Source of the DNA: an uncultured delta proteobacterium
GTDB lineage: Bacteria; Desulfobacterota; Desulfobacteria; Desulfobacterales; UBA2156
Length of the DNA: 64,000 bases
Assembly: GCA_963736855.1 (NCBI GenBank)
Contig: CAVTQK010000006.1
Location: forward strand, 97,370 to 161,369
Direction of reading: 5' to 3'
Part shown: in pieces, positions 60,757-64,000 of the stretch
How positions within the stretch are numbered: position 1 is the stretch's first letter
Layout of the letters: the number at the start of each line of letters is the position of its first letter
Notes under the pieces: model-generated
The model's database searches: none
What the model was told of the DNA's origin: nothing
Seen by the model: only the letters and a program-made list of their open reading frames with translations
Made by a program: the position numbers and the translations under genes

Positions 60757-61500
60757 ATGTGTGACCTTTTTGCACTTTCTGCAAACAAAGATTTTTCAGC
60801 TCCAAAATCTTTGCCCCTTTTTGCCTCCGGGGCAAAAAAAAACATGGACGGCTGGGGCATCGGCTATTTCAGGAAGGATAGTGCCCTCATTGAGAAATCA
60901 GGTGGCGGTGTCTTTGTTTCCGGGCACATTCACGACAGTTTCCGGAAATTAGCCCGGGTGATAAAAAGCAGAATTATTATCTGTCATGTCCGTTTTCGTA
61001 CCAGCGGCACCATAGACGAATGCCACGCCCATCCCTTTGTCCTCAGATTCGGCGGTCACGACTGGATATTCGCCCATAACGGAAAAGCACCGGCTATTGA
61101 ATCTTACAGAAGCAACAACACTACCATCGAGTGTGCCGTGAGCGACTCGCCCAGAGCCTTTGAGTATCTCCGGGATCACCTGTTGCTTTATTACCAGGAC
61201 GCAATCCAACTTCCGACGCTCTTCCAGGCCTTGTGCAAAAGCACAGAGCAAATGGTTGAAGAGTATCCCGGTGAATACAACTACCTGCTGTCCAATGGCC
61301 GGACCCTTTTTGCCTTTACCAACCATCGCCAGTTTATGTTCCTTATAGGGAGTGAAAAGCTGGAAGGCGCCCTGCTTCTTACAACACTGGCGCGAGGTCT
61401 GAGCAATGAAAAGTGGATTCGGATAGCCAGGGCAACAAATAGCAAGGGCACGCTTATGGCGATTTCAGGGACGGATATAATTTTAAAACAGTCCTTGTAG
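60757..61500 (+). CDS. Class II glutamine amidotransferase (YafJ/EgtC-like)
   Basis: MCDLFA, DGWGIG, HVRFRTSG, HPF, FAHNG, SDS. Confidence 0.88.
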   Translation: MCDLFALSANKDFSAPKSLPLFASGAKKNMDGWGIGYFRKDSALIEKSGGGVFVSGHIHDSFRKLARVIKSRIIICHVRFRTSGTIDECHAHPFVLRFGGHDWIFAHNGKAPAIESYRSNNTTIECAVSDSPRAFEYLRDHLLLYYQDAIQLPTLFQALCKSTEQMVEEYPGEYNYLLSNGRTLFAFTNHRQFMFLIGSEKLEGALLLTTLARGLSNEKWIRIARATNSKGTLMAISGTDIILKQSL

Positions 61501-61511
61501 AACTTCGTATT

Positions 61512-62102
61512 TTAGCTTTCAGACCGGGGCGTTAGATATCCGTCTGAAGTGAAACCGGACTTATTTTCCCCCGGCTGTTTTCGAACCAATTCCTGAAGCT
61601 TAACAAAGAACCCATTTCGGATTTTTTCGATATGCAATGCTTCTTGGTAAGGTAAAATGGCTCTGTCTTGATGCTTGAACCTTTCAGGTTCGACTTGAAG
61701 CGCGTAAGAATTGATCTGTCTCTCCCAGAACCACTCCGCACAACAAAGCTGAATGTTATTCGGATCGATAGCCATGATTTGACTCTGAGCCCCAAGCAAT
61801 CTTCTTCCCAACTCGCTGTTTTCAATACAAAGGCAGATATAGGCGATCCTGTACTCCACTTCGGCAATAGTATCTGTAATCGGCAAGGGATCCAGGTTGT
61901 GAGCATCGTTTTGACCCTCGTAGAGAAAATGCCCATAGCAGCACTGCAGCGTGAAACAATAAGACAGCCTGTTGAACGCATGTATCAACTCAATGATGGG
62001 GGCATCGATCATTCCATCACTGAGACCAGCCAAAGTGTCCCGTCTTTGATCCGGATAATGCGGGTTTTCAACCAATCCCTTGAGTTCTGTGAAAGTTTCC
62101 AA
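61512..62102 (-). CDS. Hypothetical protein
   Basis: 196 aa ORF; IDAPI...FTLQCCYGH motif. Confidence 0.7.
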   Translation of the reverse strand: METFTELKGLVENPHYPDQRRDTLAGLSDGMIDAPIIELIHAFNRLSYCFTLQCCYGHFLYEGQNDAHNLDPLPITDTIAEVEYRIAYICLCIENSELGRRLLGAQSQIMAIDPNNIQLCCAEWFWERQINSYALQVEPERFKHQDRAILPYQEALHIEKIRNGFFVKLQELVRKQPGENKSGFTSDGYLTPRSES

Positions 62103-62149
62103 CTATGCTGTCCAAAAAACCTCAAAGCTTTTTTCCATGCGTTCTGTCG

Positions 62150-62620
62150 TCAAAAATTCGGTATCCATTTCCCGGTTTGTCTCTTATATGCTCGATAATC
62201 TTCTCCGAATTTTTTCTCCAGCAATTGTTCTTCATATCCGGCGATAAAATTGTGAAAGACGAATATTCCTGAAAACAGCAAAAGAGACAATAACGATGCC
62301 GTAGATACCGTCAATCCCAGGTAGGTCAAAAGACTTGCCGAATACAAAGGGTGCCGCACATACCGGAAGGCTCCTGTTGTCAATACATAATTCGGCCGTT
62401 GTTCATGGCTGACGACCACGTGGCCGGATTTGAACAGGACCATGGCCAGGATCATCGCAACCCCGAGAACAACCAGACGAATCCAAAGCGGCACGTATTC
62501 CGAAAGAAACGTCGATTTGCGAATAAAAAACGAATCCGCCACCCAAACGATCAAAAACGTTGCGAGAGATATCAACTGTCCCGCGTCGCCAAAAGGATGT
62601 TCACCTTTCTTTTCTTTCAT
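62150..62620 (-). CDS. Isoprenylcysteine carboxylmethyltransferase/PEMT family membrane protein
   Basis: TTGAFRYVRHPLY, EEQLL..FGEDYRAY. Confidence 0.88.
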   Translation of the reverse strand: MKEKKGEHPFGDAGQLISLATFLIVWVADSFFIRKSTFLSEYVPLWIRLVVLGVAMILAMVLFKSGHVVVSHEQRPNYVLTTGAFRYVRHPLYSASLLTYLGLTVSTASLLSLLLFSGIFVFHNFIAGYEEQLLEKKFGEDYRAYKRQTGKWIPNF

Positions 62621-62684
62621 GCCCGTCTCCTATTCCATCGCTGGAAAATAACATACCACTTTGATATTACCGCAAAATTGTATG

Positions 62685-63128
62685 CTAGCACGCGCCCCCT
62701 GTCCCGGGAACAAGGGTTTTCGACATCACTCCGATATCCGAACGGTAGGTCCAGCCCATGGCGCCCCAGAACGCGATACCAGCGGCGTTGCTGTTGAAAA
62801 TAAAGATATGGCATTTCCGGATGCCCGAATCGGTCAAAGCTTTTAAGCAACGGTTCACGAGTTGCCGGGCGATGCCTTTCCTCCGGAAATCGGATGCAAC
62901 GGCAAGATGATGGATGTATCCTCTCCTGCCGTCATGGCCGGCCAGGATTGCGCCGACGACGTTATCCTCCGAAGCGGCAATGAAACTCATTCCCGGGTTG
63001 CGGTCGAGATACATCCGGATACGCTCTCGCGAGTCGGCATCGCTTAAACCGATGCCTTCACACCGCTGCCAGAGCGCAAAAACCGCATCATATCAATCAA
63101 TGGTAAAGGGATGGAATTCAATTTTCAT
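62685..63128 (-). CDS. GNAT acetyltransferase with in-frame TGA at codon 12 (pseudogene or recoded)
   Basis: MKIEFHPFTID-TGA(63095-63093)-YDAVFALWQRCEGIGLSDADSRE...GHDGRRGYIHHLAV...RRKGIA. Confidence 0.8.
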
Positions 63129-63377
63129 GTCATTACCCTATATCAAATTTTTCGGTGATACGTCTCAAAAATTTTCTCCAAGAGTTCGATCCCATGAACC
63201 GCCTTGACAACCCCATCCGTGTGACAGGGCGTATCATCATCACAATCGTTGATGCGATCGAAAAAGTGCTATATTTTAGCTATGAGAGTCTGCCGAGGGC
63301 TTTTTTCATATTTGCTGTTGCACTTTTTTGGGTCGCCACGACCTGCACCGCATCTTAAATTGCAAAGGGCTTGGCCT

Positions 63378-64000
63378 ATGGTTTTATACGACGTCACCGT
63401 TCCGTTGCGGACAGGGATAGTCACCTTTCCCGGGGATCCCTCCTTTTCGATGTCCCCTTATTTCGAAAGGAAAAAGGGAGACCCCTTTGACCTTGCCCTC
63501 CTGAGCATGGGGACCCACATCGGCACCCACGTGGATCCTCCTGCACATTATCTGGATGGCGGAGCAACCGTGGATCAAATCCCCCTGGACACCTTGATAG
63601 GAGAGGCTTTTGTCCTGGATATGAGGGGAAGGAAGACCATTGACGCAAATGACATTGATAAAAGCTTTCCGCCTGATGCAAGAAGGGTTCTTTTTAAAAC
63701 CGATAACGGGCCCCTTCTTTTTAAAAATGAATTCCACGAGGATTACGTTTCACTCACAGAGAAGGGAGCGCGGTTCCTTGCAGAGAAGGGGGTATGTCTC
63801 GTCGGAACAGACTACCTTTCCATAGAGCGCTATAAAAATTCCGGAGCGCCTGTTCACAAGACGCTTCTGAAAACCGGAGCCCTGATTGTGGAGGGACTCA
63901 ACCTGATGGACATCCCTGCAGGACGCTACGAAATCTTCTGCCTGCCTTTACTCATCCAGGGTGCGGACGGCGCTCCTGCCAGGGTGATTCTGAGGAGATG
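63378..64000 (+). CDS. Cyclase / kynurenine formamidase family (stop codon at or beyond window end)
   Basis: Manual translation: FPGDP, HIGTHVDPPAH, GTDYLS, VEGL, GADGAPARV. Confidence 0.9.
   Translation, partial: MVLYDVTVPLRTGIVTFPGDPSFSMSPYFERKKGDPFDLALLSMGTHIGTHVDPPAHYLDGGATVDQIPLDTLIGEAFVLDMRGRKTIDANDIDKSFPPDARRVLFKTDNGPLLFKNEFHEDYVSLTEKGARFLAEKGVCLVGTDYLSIERYKNSGAPVHKTLLKTGALIVEGLNLMDIPAGRYEIFCLPLLIQGADGAPARVILRR

Noticed and set aside
1..64000. tRNA, rRNA, CRISPR array, prophage or integrase
   Set aside because: No supporting motifs seen by eye; a tRNAscan/Infernal run would be needed to exclude small RNAs

Overview
Bacterial chromosomal window. Gene content (Hdr/MvhD selenoproteins, MetVF, ferredoxin, RicT/HolB/MetG block, LptD, characteristic palindromic repeats) suggests an anaerobic Desulfobacterota-type organism; this is inference. 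1-36.3 kb is mostly housekeeping and envelope genes: ftsK, rnj, plsC, a TPP riboswitch-thiM-thiE-thiL operon, a cysteine synthase fused to a CysRS-like domain lacking HIGH/KMSKS, tmk, yhaM, surE, lptD, a heptose/epimerase/UpxY cluster, holB-ricT-metG, a PBP, kdnA-kdnB and a giant GlmS-like protein. 36.5-49.2 kb holds a resident metF with a decapitated metV, three fused IS remnants, and a more AT-rich operon hdrA(HdrL-type)-mvhD-hdrD/dsrK-like-metV-metF with three in-frame UGA codons, each followed by a SECIS-like hairpin, closed by another IS remnant. 49-64 kb is accessory and includes an internally deleted patatin, frameshifted hrpA, an amidoligase plus two class-II glutamine amidotransferases, and a GNAT with an in-frame UGA. 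Non-coding highlights are two MITE-like families (one nested in the other, with the empty site visible in the window) and an unexplained ~150-bp promoter/leader element present twice (39.96 kb and 58.49 kb). No rRNA, tRNA or CRISPR array was seen. All family calls are from motif recognition by eye, not database searches.
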